Counted from the stretch's first letter, positions 1-11,178 are shown. The stretch is DNA of 64,000 nt from Clostridia bacterium (GCA_045593405.1 JAZNWN010000014.1:2198-66197); one strand, 5' to 3'. The notes: generated by a model from the sequence alone, not told the origin. Translations and numbers: made by a program.

Positions 1-2
1 AT

Positions 3-1130
3 AAATATCCTTTTAGAGAACTTGCAGGTGTTGGAGTTGTTTTTAAATTAATACAAGCAATATCAACAAAACTAAAAATAGAAGATAAAGAATATTTAAA
101 ATATTTAGATATAGTAGCTGTTGGAACTATTTCGGATATTGTTCCGTTAGTAAATGAAAATAGAGTAATTGCAAAATTAGGATTAATGCTAATAAAAATG
201 ACTAAAAATATAGGATTACGAGAACTGATAATTTCATCAAACTATAAACAAATAGATTCAAACACAATTTCTTTTGGGATAGCGCCAAGAATAAATGCAT
301 GTGGAAGAATGGGTCATCAAGAAGAAGCACTTGATTTGTTTTTAACAGAAAATATAGTAGAAGCAAAGGAAATAACAAAAGAATTAAATAAATATAATTC
401 AGAAAGACAAGAAAAAGAAAGTAATATTTTTAAACAAGCATTAAAAAAATTACAAGAAGAAGGTATTGAAGATAAAAATACTATTATATTAGGTGGAGAT
501 AACTGGTACCATGGTGTAATTGGAATTGTTGCTTCAAAACTAACAGAAAGTTTTTTTAAACCTACAATACTTGTATGTTTTGAAGGAGAAGAAGGAAAAG
601 GTTCTGGAAGAAGTATACCAGATTTTGATTTATATGAAGCTTTAAATTTTTCTTCTGATTATTTAGAAAAATTTGGTGGACATGCTATGGCGGTGGGATT
701 AACTTTAAAGAAAGAAAATTTTGAAGAATTTAAAACCAAATTTGAGGAATTTGCAGAACAAAAAAATATAAAACAAATATTACCGACAATAAAGATAGAT
801 GGTGAGATTTCAAGAAATGATTTAAAATTAGAAACTATAGAAGAGTTAAAAAAGCTAGAACCATTTGGAGAAAGAAATGAGAGACCTAAATTTCTTTATA
901 AAGGTTTAAAAATAAACTCAATAAGAGCATTATCAGAAGGAAAACATTTAAAATTAAGTGTAAGAGATGAAAACCATTTAATAGATATAATAGGCTTTAA
1001 TTTTGGGTATTTAGTAGATGAGTTTTTAATTGGAGATAAAATTGATGTTGTAGGAAATTTAGAAATAAATGAATACAATGGAGTAAAAAAAGTGCAAATA
1101 AACCTAAAAGATATCATGAAATCTGTGTAA
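3..1130 (+). CDS. recJ: ssDNA exonuclease RecJ (5' part lies outside the window)
   Basis: Frame open from nt 3 (KYPFRELAGVGV...VAVGTISDIVPL); PRINACGR, GSGRS, FGGHAMAVG and LEPFG motifs; lies upstream of relA as is usual in Firmicutes. Confidence 0.95.
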   Translation, partial: KYPFRELAGVGVVFKLIQAISTKLKIEDKEYLKYLDIVAVGTISDIVPLVNENRVIAKLGLMLIKMTKNIGLRELIISSNYKQIDSNTISFGIAPRINACGRMGHQEEALDLFLTENIVEAKEITKELNKYNSERQEKESNIFKQALKKLQEEGIEDKNTIILGGDNWYHGVIGIVASKLTESFFKPTILVCFEGEEGKGSGRSIPDFDLYEALNFSSDYLEKFGGHAMAVGLTLKKENFEEFKTKFEEFAEQKNIKQILPTIKIDGEISRNDLKLETIEELKKLEPFGERNERPKFLYKGLKINSIRALSEGKHLKLSVRDENHLIDIIGFNFGYLVDEFLIGDKIDVVGNLEINEYNGVKKVQINLKDIMKSV

Positions 1131-1200
1131 CGTAGGAGATGGGCTTGACTAGCCTTTATACTAAAAGCTAGACCTAAATAAGCAAAGGGGGCAAAGCGTA

Positions 1201-3396
1201 ATGCAAGAACAAAATGAAACAACAATACAAAATATTATAAAAATAATGAAACTAAATAACAAAAAATCAAATTCACATCTTATACAAAAAGCATATTCAT
1301 ATGCTTTAAATAACCATAAAGAGCAAAGAAGATTATCAGGAGAAGAATATATTATACATCCATTACAAGTAGCTCAAATATTAGCAGAATTAAAAATGGA
1401 TGATGCAACAATTTGTGCAGCTTTATTGCATGATGTAGTTGAAGATACGCCTATAACAAACGAAGATATTTCTATGGAATTTGGTGAAGAAATTGCAGAA
1501 ATGGTTGCAGGTGTTACAAAACTTAGTAAGATACAATATGTAACAGTAACAGAACAACAAGTGGAAAACTATAGAAAAATGTTTTTAGCAATGGGGAAAG
1601 ATATTAGAGTAATTTTAATAAAACTTGCAGATAGACTTCATAATATGAGAACACTTTCATATTTAAAAAGAGATAGACAAATAGCAAATGCAAAAGAAAC
1701 TATGGAATTATATGCACCACTTGCAAATAGGCTGGGTATTTATTCTTTAAAATGGGAGCTTGAAGATTTAGCATTTAAATATTTACAACCAGAAGAATAT
1801 AAAGAGCTTATTTTAGGAATAGAAAGAAAAAGAGAAGAAAGACTTGAATTCATAGAAAAAATAATGGAGGAAATAAAACAAGAATTAAAGAAGGCAAAAA
1901 TCATTGCAGAGATGACAGGTAGAGCAAAACATTTATATAGTATTTATAGAAAAATGCAAAGGGATAATATAACTTTAGACCAAGTATATGATTTATTTGC
2001 GCTAAGAATAATTGTAAATTCTGTGAAAGATTGTTATGCTGCACTTGGAGTAGTACATGACCTTTATACTCCAATGCCAGGAAGATTTAAAGACTATATA
2101 GCTGTTCCAAAACCTAATATGTATCAATCAATACATACAACACTAATTGGTCCAAAGGGAACTCCTTTTGAAGTACAAGTACGTACTTGGGACATGCATC
2201 AAATTGCAGAATTTGGTATTGCTGCACACTGGGCATATAAAGAAGCAAATAAAAATAAAAAATCAAATGTAGTAGTAACAGATGATAAACTTGCATGGCT
2301 TCGAGAAACATTAGAATGGCAAAAAGAGATGCAAGATCCAGATGAATTTTTAAAAACTTTAAAAACAGAACTATTTGAAGATGAAGTATATGTATTTACT
2401 CCAAAAGGAGCGATAAAATCTTTGCCAAGAGATGCTACTCCAATAGATTTTGCATACTCAATACACGCAGAAGTAGGACATAAGATGGTTGGATGTAAAA
2501 TAAATAGTAAGATGATGCCAATAATCACTCCATTAAAAAGTGGAGATATAGTAGATATTATAACATCAGATACATCAAGAGGTCCTAGTCGTGATTGGAT
2601 AAAAATTGTAAAAAGTACAAGTGCAAAAAATAAAATTCAACAATGGTTTAAAAAAGCAGAAAGAGAAGAAAATATTACTAAAGGAAAAGAAATATTAGAA
2701 AAAGAACTTAAAAAACTTGGAATGTCTCATAGTCAATTGTTTAAATCAGAGTGGATTCAAATTGTATTAAAACGTTATAATTACAATACTCAGGACGATA
2801 TGTTTGCAAGTATTGGATTTGGAGCAATATCTCCAAATAAAATATTAACAAGACTACTAGAAGAATATAAAAAAGAACATGAAGAAGATACTATAGAAGA
2901 AAAAATACAAGAATTAGTAGAAACTAAGGAACGAGTAAAAAAAGCACCTACATCAGGAGTAATAGTTAAAGGAATTGATAATTGTTTAGTTAAATTTTCT
3001 AGATGTTGTAATCCGGTACCAGGAGATGAGATAATAGGATATATAACAAAAGGAAGGGGAGTTTCAATACATAGAAGAGATTGTACTAATATAAATGACT
3101 TATTATCAGAAGAAGAGAGAATTATAGATGTAGAATGGTACGAAGAAGACAAAAAAGAAAATTACAGTGTAGATATAGAGGTTTTATCAAATGACAGAAC
3201 AGGTTTACTTGCAGATATAGTAAAAGAAATTACAACAAGAAAAATAAACATAATGGGTGTAAACACTAAAACAAATAAAGATAGAATTGCAACAATAGAT
3301 ATTACGATTGAAGTAAAAGACATTAACGAATTAAACAATATAGTAAAAGCAATTAGAAAAGTAGATAGCGTATATGAAGTAAATCGTAAAAAATAA
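1201..3396 (+). CDS. relA: Bifunctional (p)ppGpp synthetase/hydrolase (long RSH)
   Basis: HD motif LLHDVVED, KLADRLHNMRTL, RFKDYIAVPKPNMYQSIHT, EVQVRT; TGS and ACT domains. Confidence 0.97.
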   Translation: MQEQNETTIQNIIKIMKLNNKKSNSHLIQKAYSYALNNHKEQRRLSGEEYIIHPLQVAQILAELKMDDATICAALLHDVVEDTPITNEDISMEFGEEIAEMVAGVTKLSKIQYVTVTEQQVENYRKMFLAMGKDIRVILIKLADRLHNMRTLSYLKRDRQIANAKETMELYAPLANRLGIYSLKWELEDLAFKYLQPEEYKELILGIERKREERLEFIEKIMEEIKQELKKAKIIAEMTGRAKHLYSIYRKMQRDNITLDQVYDLFALRIIVNSVKDCYAALGVVHDLYTPMPGRFKDYIAVPKPNMYQSIHTTLIGPKGTPFEVQVRTWDMHQIAEFGIAAHWAYKEANKNKKSNVVVTDDKLAWLRETLEWQKEMQDPDEFLKTLKTELFEDEVYVFTPKGAIKSLPRDATPIDFAYSIHAEVGHKMVGCKINSKMMPIITPLKSGDIVDIITSDTSRGPSRDWIKIVKSTSAKNKIQQWFKKAEREENITKGKEILEKELKKLGMSHSQLFKSEWIQIVLKRYNYNTQDDMFASIGFGAISPNKILTRLLEEYKKEHEEDTIEEKIQELVETKERVKKAPTSGVIVKGIDNCLVKFSRCCNPVPGDEIIGYITKGRGVSIHRRDCTNINDLLSEEERIIDVEWYEEDKKENYSVDIEVLSNDRTGLLADIVKEITTRKINIMGVNTKTNKDRIATIDITIEVKDINELNNIVKAIRKVDSVYEVNRKK

Positions 3397-3425
3397 TTTT
3401 ATTTCATCCACAGTTTATTTTGAAA

Positions 3426-3578
3426 GTAGCCGCACGCAGGGGCTTTATATATTTTAAAAGCGAATTTCCTCGTGGGGACCGCCGAGGGGCTGTTAAAGGC
3501 GTTAGCCTTGTTACAGCGCCGGTGGGAAGAAATGAGCAATTTTAAATATATAAACCCCGACGAGATGCGGCGGATTAA
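3426..3578. repeat. ~150-nt structured intergenic repeat, divergent copy, inverted relative to copies at 4251 and 46953
   Basis: Reverse complement shares the ends TCCGCC..ATCTCGTCGGGGTT.ATATATTT and AAAATATATAA.GCCCCT.CGT..GGCTA with the other two copies; middle differs. Confidence 0.75.
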
Positions 3579-3601
3579 TAAAGATAGAAAGAAGGTAAAA
3601 A

Positions 3602-4252
3602 ATGATACTTAAGAGAATAAAAGTAAATGCAGGCGGATTTATGGGAATAAACTGCTACATTATTCAAGATGAGGGAACAAAAGAATCAATGGTAATAGAC
3701 CCAGGTGGATCAATTGAAAAAATAGAAGAAATGCTGAAGGTAATAGATGCAAATGTAAAATATATATTATTAACCCATTGTCATGGAGATCATATGGGTG
3801 CTGCATCTAAACTAAAAGAAAAATATGGAGGGAAAATTTTAATCCATAGATTTGATCAAGAAGGTTTAAGAAACCCAACTATAAATTTAAGTTCACATAT
3901 AGGAATTGGAGATGTAAGTTTAAAAGAAGATGCTAGACTAGATGATGGAGATATTCTTCATGTTGGGAATTTACAATTTAAAGTAATCTATACTCCAGGT
4001 CATACAATAGGAAGTATATCTTTGTATTGTGAAAATGAAAAAATGTTATTTTCAGGAGATACTTTGTTTAGAGGTTCATGGGGAAGAACAGATTTACCAA
4101 CAAGTAATTTTGAGCAAATTATAGATTCAATAACAAATAGGCTAATGGTTTTACCAGAGGATACAATAGTATACCCAGGACATGGAAAATCAACAATAAT
4201 AAAAGAAGAAGAGCCAATATATATGGAGTTAAAACCAAAAGATTTTAATTAA
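3602..4252 (+). CDS. MBL-fold metallo-hydrolase (glyoxalase II-like)
   Basis: THCHGDH, TPGHT, FSGDTLF and YPGHG motifs. Confidence 0.93.
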   Translation: MILKRIKVNAGGFMGINCYIIQDEGTKESMVIDPGGSIEKIEEMLKVIDANVKYILLTHCHGDHMGAASKLKEKYGGKILIHRFDQEGLRNPTINLSSHIGIGDVSLKEDARLDDGDILHVGNLQFKVIYTPGHTIGSISLYCENEKMLFSGDTLFRGSWGRTDLPTSNFEQIIDSITNRLMVLPEDTIVYPGHGKSTIIKEEEPIYMELKPKDFN

Positions 4253-4403
4253 TAGTCCGCCCAATCTCGTCGGGGTTATATATTTATATTTTTATCGCTG
4301 CCCCATCCAAGAAAATGTAATTCGCTTCATTCAAACATTTTCTAAGGCGGTTACCCCGGAATCGCTCTAAAAATAAAATATATAAGCCCCTACGTTGGGC
4401 TAA
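4251..4403. repeat. ~150-nt structured intergenic repeat
   Basis: Closely similar to 46953-47105; forms a long hairpin. Confidence 0.85.
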
Positions 4404-4447
4404 TGATTATTAAATTTTGGTTTTAATGGAAAAGAGAGGGGAAAAAT

Positions 4448-5107
4448 ATGTTAGAGATATCCACATCAGTTTTAGGAGTAGAAAAAGAAAATTCAATAAA
4501 AACATTTTATGATTTAGAGGTTGCAGGAACTGATTATTATCATATAGATGTTATGGATGGAAAGTTTGTTGAAAAAAACACAGAAGAAAAAATGTATACA
4601 TATACCAACGAAATAAAACAAATATCAAATTTACCTTTAGATGTGCACTTTATGGTAGAAAATATAAAGGAAAATATAGATAGATATTTAATATTTAAAC
4701 CACATATAATTACATTCCATTTAGAAGCATGTAGAGATAAAGAAGAGGTAAAAAAATATATAAAATATTTACAAGAAAATGAAATAAAATGTGGTATTTC
4801 AATAAAACCAAACACAAAAGTAGAAGACATATTTGAATTTTTACCATATTTACATTTGTGTTTAATAATGACAGTAGAACCAGGAAAGGGTGGACAAAAA
4901 TTAATTCCAGAAACAGTAGAAAAAGTAAGAGTTCTAAGAAAATACATTAAAGAAAATAATTTAGATACATATATAGAAGTAGACGGAGGAATAAATCCAG
5001 AAACAGTAAACTTAGTAAAAGAAGCGGGAGCAGATATAATAGTTGCAGGAAGTGCAATAATTAATGCAGAGAATTATAAAGGGGTAATAGAAGAGTTGAA
5101 AAAATAA
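4448..5107 (+). CDS. rpe: Ribulose-phosphate 3-epimerase
   Basis: HIDVMDGKFV, LDVHFMV, MTVEPGKGGQ, EVDGGIN and VAGSA motifs. Confidence 0.95.
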   Translation: MLEISTSVLGVEKENSIKTFYDLEVAGTDYYHIDVMDGKFVEKNTEEKMYTYTNEIKQISNLPLDVHFMVENIKENIDRYLIFKPHIITFHLEACRDKEEVKKYIKYLQENEIKCGISIKPNTKVEDIFEFLPYLHLCLIMTVEPGKGGQKLIPETVEKVRVLRKYIKENNLDTYIEVDGGINPETVNLVKEAGADIIVAGSAIINAENYKGVIEELKK

Positions 5108-5112
5108 AAAAA

Positions 5113-5143
5113 TGTAGGGGTCGCCGTTTTTGGCGCCCCTACA
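5113..5143. repeat. GTAG-type REP palindrome, likely also a bidirectional terminator
   Basis: TGTAGGGGTCGCC-GTTTTT-GGCGCCCCTACA flanked by A and T runs between convergent genes. Confidence 0.8.
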
Positions 5144-5148
5144 TTTTT

Positions 5149-6489
5149 TTAAACTTTTTTAAATAAAACTTTATTACATACTCTTCCAGTACCAGTCATC
5201 AAAACTACAAACATTACAAGCCCACCTAAAACAGGGATACTTGAAATTAAATATAATGCTAATGCAATTAAAGTAACTGCTAAATATAAATTTAATTTAT
5301 CTTTTAGTAAAATAGCAATATCTAAAACGAATATTGGGATAGCTGTAAACAATAAGAATAGAAAAGCAAATACAAATGTTAAACTTAAAGTTACTCCAAA
5401 TGGTATAATAATTAAAACAAAAGCAATAAGAGCCACAGCTAAAAAGCTAAGTATTCCAATACCAAATGTTGCAAATATGTTTTTTACAGTTATTTCATGT
5501 TTTAAATTTTTGTAATTTCTGTTAATTAAATTAAATATTAAAACTGCAACTAAGACATAAACAACAAATGTAATTAAATCTAAAATAAAAGATTTAAAAC
5601 TAAATGTAGGTTTAGTATCTATCTTTTCTACATATTTAGAATAGTTTACAGTACCAGTTACAATTGTTTCTCCAATTTGAATTTCTTCTTTAGAAGAATA
5701 ATCTAAATTTCCACTTATTAAACATTTATTATCTGAATTACCGTTACTTTCTATAAAATTTAATTCTTTAGAATTGATTTTAGCATTTCCATCAATTTCA
5801 CCAGAAAAATTAAATTTATGAGAATCAGCCTCTAAATTTCCATATAATAAGAAATCTGAATTAGTTGTTATTATGTTTGATGTAATATAAGCATTTCTGT
5901 GTATTACAGAACTTAAAGTGACATTTTCTGAAGTAAGAATTAAGTCATGTGCAATAGCCCCATAGTAATTCATATTAAAGATATTAGAAGTAGCATAAAC
6001 GCTTTTGCTTACTCTGCCATTTAGAAGAACTTCAGAACTAATTGCAAAAAGATTTCCATAAATAGAAGATGATTTTTGGATATCTATTTTATTAGCAAGT
6101 ATATATAAATCTCCGATAATTTCACAACCGGGTTCTATAACAAATTCATCACAAACAATAAAAACATTACCACTTACAGTTGCATGTGAATTGACAGTCT
6201 CTATAGAATAAGAACCGTCTTTAGAAATTGCATTTGAATAAGTGACATTTGATTTTAAATGTACTTTATCAGCCATAACATATAAATTACCTGAAACAGA
6301 AGCTGAATCTGACATTACAAACTCACTAGAATATGTAAAAACATTTCCTAAAACTTCAGAATCTAAAGTGTATGTTTCTTCTGTAAGTTTATAAATATTT
6401 GAATCTACAGTATTAACATTTATACCAAAAACAGATGTTGTAAAAATAAAAAACAAAACAAAAATCAAAATAAAAACTTTACTTTTCAA
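5149..6489 (-). CDS. Membrane protein with bactofilin-like (polymer-forming) beta-helix repeats
   Basis: Signal-like N-terminus, repeated V/I-x-G-N/D-L/V units, C-terminal TM helices; TTG start after AAGGAGG. Confidence 0.7.
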   Translation of the reverse strand: MKSKVFILIFVLFFIFTTSVFGINVNTVDSNIYKLTEETYTLDSEVLGNVFTYSSEFVMSDSASVSGNLYVMADKVHLKSNVTYSNAISKDGSYSIETVNSHATVSGNVFIVCDEFVIEPGCEIIGDLYILANKIDIQKSSSIYGNLFAISSEVLLNGRVSKSVYATSNIFNMNYYGAIAHDLILTSENVTLSSVIHRNAYITSNIITTNSDFLLYGNLEADSHKFNFSGEIDGNAKINSKELNFIESNGNSDNKCLISGNLDYSSKEEIQIGETIVTGTVNYSKYVEKIDTKPTFSFKSFILDLITFVVYVLVAVLIFNLINRNYKNLKHEITVKNIFATFGIGILSFLAVALIAFVLIIIPFGVTLSLTFVFAFLFLLFTAIPIFVLDIAILLKDKLNLYLAVTLIALALYLISSIPVLGGLVMFVVLMTGTGRVCNKVLFKKV

Positions 6490-6570
6490 AATGAAAACCT
6501 CCTTAAAATTTATATAAATAATATATAATTTAAAGTAAAAAAAGTCAATGATAATAAATAATAATAATGT

Positions 6571-6600
6571 GCACAATTACACGATAAATGTCATAAAATA
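6571..6600 (+). promoter_or_regulatory. Sigma-K-like promoter of the cotJ operon
   Basis: GCACA-N16-CATAAAATA fits the mother-cell sigma-K consensus ACA-N16-CATA-N3-TA. Confidence 0.6.
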
Positions 6601-6631
6601 TATTATACATTAGAAAAAGGGGGAAAAATTA

Positions 6632-6979
6632 ATGTATAGAAATCGTATGCAAAAAAGAGGTTGTAATTGTGGATGTAACAAAACTTATGAAAATGAATAT
6701 ATGCAAGAAGCATGTGCAGATGTAGCAAATTATAACAACATGTATGATGACTGTGCATGTGGATTTGATGAAGAATATAATCATTTTCCAGAAAATCCAA
6801 TGCTTGCGCAAAGTTATGTTCCTTTTCAAAGAATGGATAAAACTTTTATTCCAAGTGTTGGACTAAAAATGGGAACAATATTTCCAGAATTAGTTAGTCC
6901 TTATATGCCAGGTCAGAGCCAAAGAGAAATAGAGTATATTAGAAATACAAATCAAATAAAAGAGGGGTGTAATGGCTAA
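6632..6979 (+). CDS. cotJA: Spore coat protein CotJA
   Basis: LAQSYVPFQ...GLKMGTIFPELVSPY motif; first gene of the cotJ operon. Confidence 0.88.
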   Translation: MYRNRMQKRGCNCGCNKTYENEYMQEACADVANYNNMYDDCACGFDEEYNHFPENPMLAQSYVPFQRMDKTFIPSVGLKMGTIFPELVSPYMPGQSQREIEYIRNTNQIKEGCNG

Positions 6980-7305
6980 TGGAAGATAATGAAAGAAGAG
7001 ATTGCTCATGTGGAGACAATAATATGGTTGCGGGAGAGCATAATGTAGATAGAAGTGATTGCGAAAGAGAACAAATATTAATGGAAATAAAAGAACTTAA
7101 TTTTGCAGTAATTGAATTAGGTTTATATCTAGATACACACCCAGAAGACCAAAGAGCTTTATGTTTGCACAGAAAACATGTAAAAGAATTGAAAGATTTA
7201 AAAGATAAGTACCAAAAGGTTTATGGACCTCTTTCCATTTATTATCCATGTAATAAATGGAGATGGCTAGAGGAACCTTGGCCATGGGAAAGGGGGAATA
7301 ATTAG
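6979..7305 (+). CDS. cotJB: Spore coat protein CotJB
   Basis: FAVIELGLYLDTHPED...YGPL...WRWLEEPWPWE. Confidence 0.93.
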   Translation: MEDNERRDCSCGDNNMVAGEHNVDRSDCEREQILMEIKELNFAVIELGLYLDTHPEDQRALCLHRKHVKELKDLKDKYQKVYGPLSIYYPCNKWRWLEEPWPWERGNN

Positions 7306-7308
7306 AGT

Positions 7309-7502
7309 ATGTGGACTTATAACAAAGTATTAGAATATCCAGTAAGAATAAAAAATAGAAATCCTAAGCTTGCAGGAATGATTATATCTCAATATGGTGG
7401 ACCAGATGGAGAACTTGCTGCCTCTCTTAGATATTTAAGTCAACGTTTTGGAATGCCAGATCAAAAAGCAAAAGCTATTTTAAATGATATTGGTACAGAA
7501 GA
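7309..7502 (+). CDS. cotJC: CotJC (Mn-catalase family), 5' segment, interrupted by an inserted element
   Basis: MWTYNKVLEYPVRI...QYGGPDGELAASLRYLSQR...DIGTEE, followed by a TGA that belongs to the inserted element. Confidence 0.93.
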
Positions 7503-8040
7503 ATGAGTTCCATAAGGTTATCATTTGTTTTATATTAACTGAAATACATATATCTAGGAGAAGAAGCCGCAGATAGAAGAAAACAATCACTATTAAGATT
7601 TGAAATATAGTTGAATAGAGCTATTTTATACATTTAGAACAATAATTGAAAAGGTGGTATTGCTATTATGCATATAAAGATACTTTACAAGAGTTTAATT
7701 TTGTGTTTTTCTTTTAGTATATAAGTCTATTACTATATATAATTTTAGTTTAAATTAAATAATAGAATTTGAATATGAATTGATACATGCCTTTAATGAA
7801 AAACAGACTAATTCAAATATACAATTAGATTGATATAAAGAAGATGATAATATGTTTGGATTTGAAAAAATGTTGAAAAAATGTTGAAAAGATAATTGCA
7901 ATATTGTGATATTAGGTATATTTTGTATGATATAATTTTTTTGGAGTTGAAAATCATTTGCTTTTATGTTACAATACAGAAAGTATTGGGAAAAGATTTG
8001 TTTTATTGATTTATTAATATATATAGAAGGAGATTATATA

Positions 8041-9054
8041 ATGTTTAAAAAAGGATTATGTTATTTATTAAAAATTATATTAGCAGGAATAATTTCATTA
8101 ATATTGCTTTCGATTTTTACATTAATATATAAGTATACAGGTGTACATATTAAAAATAATTCAGGAGCAGCAACTGATTACAAATGGGAGCCAAATCAAT
8201 GGATGGCAACAATGCAGGAAGGGTTTGCATGGTTTAAAATGGATAAAAAAGGATTTAACAATGCAATATATAAAGATGATACACCAGATATTCTAATAAT
8301 GGGTAGTTCACATATGGAAGCAGTACAAATGAAGCCAACAGAAAATGTAGCATATTTGCTTAATAAAGAATTATCTGAATATTATACATACAATATTGGA
8401 ATATCTGGACATAATATATACACTTGCGTAAAAAATATAAATAATGCAGTAGATGTATATAAGCCAAAACGATATGTAATTTTGGAAATAAGCCAAGTAA
8501 AATTAGAAATTAATAACATGAAAGAAGTTATTGATAATACATATCCAATAATTCCATCATATGATAGTGGAATTATGTATAAACTACAAAAAAATTTACC
8601 CGCAATTAAAGAAATATATAATGCTCTAAATAATTGGAAAAATACAGATGAATCAATAAATAATAATGTTCAAAAAGAATATTCTCAGGAGTATATAAAT
8701 GCTTTAAATGATTTTTTAGCTAAAGCAGAAAAACCTTTTGAAACAATTGATGCAGAATTAATTATTTTTTATCACCCACCTACTTCTATTGATAATAATG
8801 GAAATTTCAAAGAAGAAACAGATTTAAAAGCATTGCAATTATTTGAAGAAGCCTGTAAAAATAATAATATAAAATTTATAGATATGACATCAGATTTTAA
8901 AAAATTATATGAAAATAAACATATACTTGCACATGGATTTATTAATACATCTATAGGAAAAGGCCATTTAAATAAATATGGCCATAGTGAAATCGCAAAT
9001 AGAATTTCTGAGTTTATTAAAAAAAATGAGGAGGATATAAATGGCGCTAAATAG
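8041..9054 (+). CDS. SGNH/GDSL-like exported protein (O-acetylation partner)
   Basis: N-terminal TM helix, MGSSHME block I, NIGISG block II, GHLNKYGH block V; overlaps the MBOAT gene. Confidence 0.7.
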   Translation: MFKKGLCYLLKIILAGIISLILLSIFTLIYKYTGVHIKNNSGAATDYKWEPNQWMATMQEGFAWFKMDKKGFNNAIYKDDTPDILIMGSSHMEAVQMKPTENVAYLLNKELSEYYTYNIGISGHNIYTCVKNINNAVDVYKPKRYVILEISQVKLEINNMKEVIDNTYPIIPSYDSGIMYKLQKNLPAIKEIYNALNNWKNTDESINNNVQKEYSQEYINALNDFLAKAEKPFETIDAELIIFYHPPTSIDNNGNFKEETDLKALQLFEEACKNNNIKFIDMTSDFKKLYENKHILAHGFINTSIGKGHLNKYGHSEIANRISEFIKKNEEDINGAK

Positions 9055-10480
9055 TTTTTGTTTTATAGTGTATTTATTTGTAATTATTACTATAATGAGT
9101 ATATTACAGATATTAAGAACAATTAGAAAAAGAAAAATATATGAAAAGATTCAAATTGTATTTTTACTTATATTTAGCTATATATATACATGTTTTTATG
9201 ATATAAGATTTTGTATATGTTTAATACTAGTAACTCTATTTACATATTTTTCAGCTTTATTAATTGAAAAAAAAGAAAAGTTTAAACGAACTATACTGAC
9301 TATTAGCATATTGACTCTTATAGGAACATTAGCATATTTTAAATATAGTGAGTTTTTTATAAATAATATAAAGAAAGTTCTTGGACAAGACAGTGTCACA
9401 TTAAAAATAATTTTACCTATTGGTATATCCTTTTATATTTTTTCAACGATATCATATTTGATAGATGTATACAGAAAAACATATAAAGCAGAAAAAAATT
9501 TTATAAATTTTGCCTTATTTGTTAGTTTTTTTCCAAAATTAACAGCAGGGCCTATTCTTCGTGGGAATGTATTTTTGCCACAAGTAAAAGAATACAAAGG
9601 AATTAATTTAGAATCTTTTAGTAAAGGAATACAGATATTTATATTTGGACTTTTTAAAAAAATAGTATTAGCGGACCGACTGGGAGTATTTGTGGACAAT
9701 GTATTTAATGCACCAATAGCATTTGACACTTTTACTGTATTTTTAGCAGTATTGAGTTATTCTATGCAAATATATTTTGATTTTTCTGGTTATTCAGATA
9801 TGTCTATAGGAATTTCCAAAATATTAGGTTTTGAATATCCAGCTAATTTTAATTTGCCATATATTTCAAAAAATTTTTCAGAATTTTGGAAAAGGTGGCA
9901 TATTAGTTTATCTTCGTGGTTCCAAGATTATATATATATACCTTTAGGAGGAAGCAAAAAAGGTGAAATGCGAACATATATTAATCTGATTTTAGTAATG
10001 TTAGTAAGTGGAATTTGGCACGGTGCAGGATGGACATTTATTATATGGGGTTTGTTTTATGGTATAGGAAGCTGTGTAAATAGAGTGATGAAAAAGCATG
10101 GCAATTCTAGTGCCAATAAAAATAATATAAAAGAAGTATGTAAAATTTGTATAACTTTTATTTTTGTTACATTATTTTGGGTAGTGTTCCGTGCGACAGA
10201 TTTTAACAATGCAATACAATTATATAAACAGTTATTTACAATTCATGGTGGAATAAGTCAACCATATACTTGGAGCTTTTTTGCATTAATTGTATTAATG
10301 ATAGCAACAATTTCTGCAGTGATTACGTCACGTAAAAATGATGAAGAAAAAGTTAGAGGTTATTATCCAATATTAAATTTAAATAAATTTAGTAGTTTAA
10401 TAGTATTCTTTACTTTTATAGGATTGACTATTATGATGGGGTATTTTGGAAATACGGCATTTATATATGGAAAATTTTAA
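9041..10480 (+). CDS. MBOAT family O-acyltransferase (AlgI/PatA/DltB-like)
   Basis: LPIGISFYIF, FFPKLTAGPI, YFDFSGYSD, FWKRWHISLSSW, SGIWHGA. Confidence 0.93.
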   Translation: MALNSFCFIVYLFVIITIMSILQILRTIRKRKIYEKIQIVFLLIFSYIYTCFYDIRFCICLILVTLFTYFSALLIEKKEKFKRTILTISILTLIGTLAYFKYSEFFINNIKKVLGQDSVTLKIILPIGISFYIFSTISYLIDVYRKTYKAEKNFINFALFVSFFPKLTAGPILRGNVFLPQVKEYKGINLESFSKGIQIFIFGLFKKIVLADRLGVFVDNVFNAPIAFDTFTVFLAVLSYSMQIYFDFSGYSDMSIGISKILGFEYPANFNLPYISKNFSEFWKRWHISLSSWFQDYIYIPLGGSKKGEMRTYINLILVMLVSGIWHGAGWTFIIWGLFYGIGSCVNRVMKKHGNSSANKNNIKEVCKICITFIFVTLFWVVFRATDFNNAIQLYKQLFTIHGGISQPYTWSFFALIVLMIATISAVITSRKNDEEKVRGYYPILNLNKFSSLIVFFTFIGLTIMMGYFGNTAFIYGKF

Positions 10481-11028
10481 TAAAAGAAAAATAATAAAGT
10501 GAGATATAGATGGCTAAGAATAAAAAGATAATTAAAGAGAATCAAGAGTGTCGAATATATCGCAATATTTTGATATTGAGATTATTACAAATTAAAATTT
10601 TGTGAATAGATTTTATATGGTCTTAATAATAATAACAAAAAACAGAGTTGATTTCATCTGAAACCAACTCTGTTTTTTATGTAATTTTATATTTTAATTC
10701 ATTTTAAAAGGGAATAAAAAAAAAAATAAAAATAAAAAAAAATATAAATGGAAGAAATAAGTTTAAATAATTTTATAGTAACGAGTTGATAAATAAAACA
10801 ATTTATGTAGTAATGAAATCTAATTATAAAAATTTTTTTACAAATGAATTTATAAGAAATGTTTATGAACCATACGTATTTATAATGGATAACATATTAA
10901 ATTGTAAGGATACGATGTATACTAGTTAATTAGTATATAAGTAATAATAAAAATAGAGAAATTTGTTTAAAAATTATTGCAATAATAACAGAATTGTTAT
11001 CAGCATAGACTTTAATGAGGTGAAAGCA

Positions 11029-11178
11029 ATGCAAGTTAATGAATTAGAAATAGATGGTACTGTAATTAAATTTTTTGATGATTATATAGTAGAAAATGAA
11101 ATTGAAACAGTGAAGAAAAATTTAGAAATAACAGCAGTAAATGCTATAAAAAAAATGATAAATACGGAAGAATTATGA
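11029..11178 (+). CDS. 49-aa protein, candidate recombination directionality factor
   Basis: GAGGTG RBS before the ATG; lies directly upstream of the recombinase; function inferred from position only. Confidence 0.45.
   Translation: MQVNELEIDGTVIKFFDDYIVENEIETVKKNLEITAVNAIKKMINTEEL

Noticed and set aside
7858-7892. Tandem TTGAAAAAATG repeats and the A run near 10715-10745
   Set aside because: Short low-complexity sequence with no evident function
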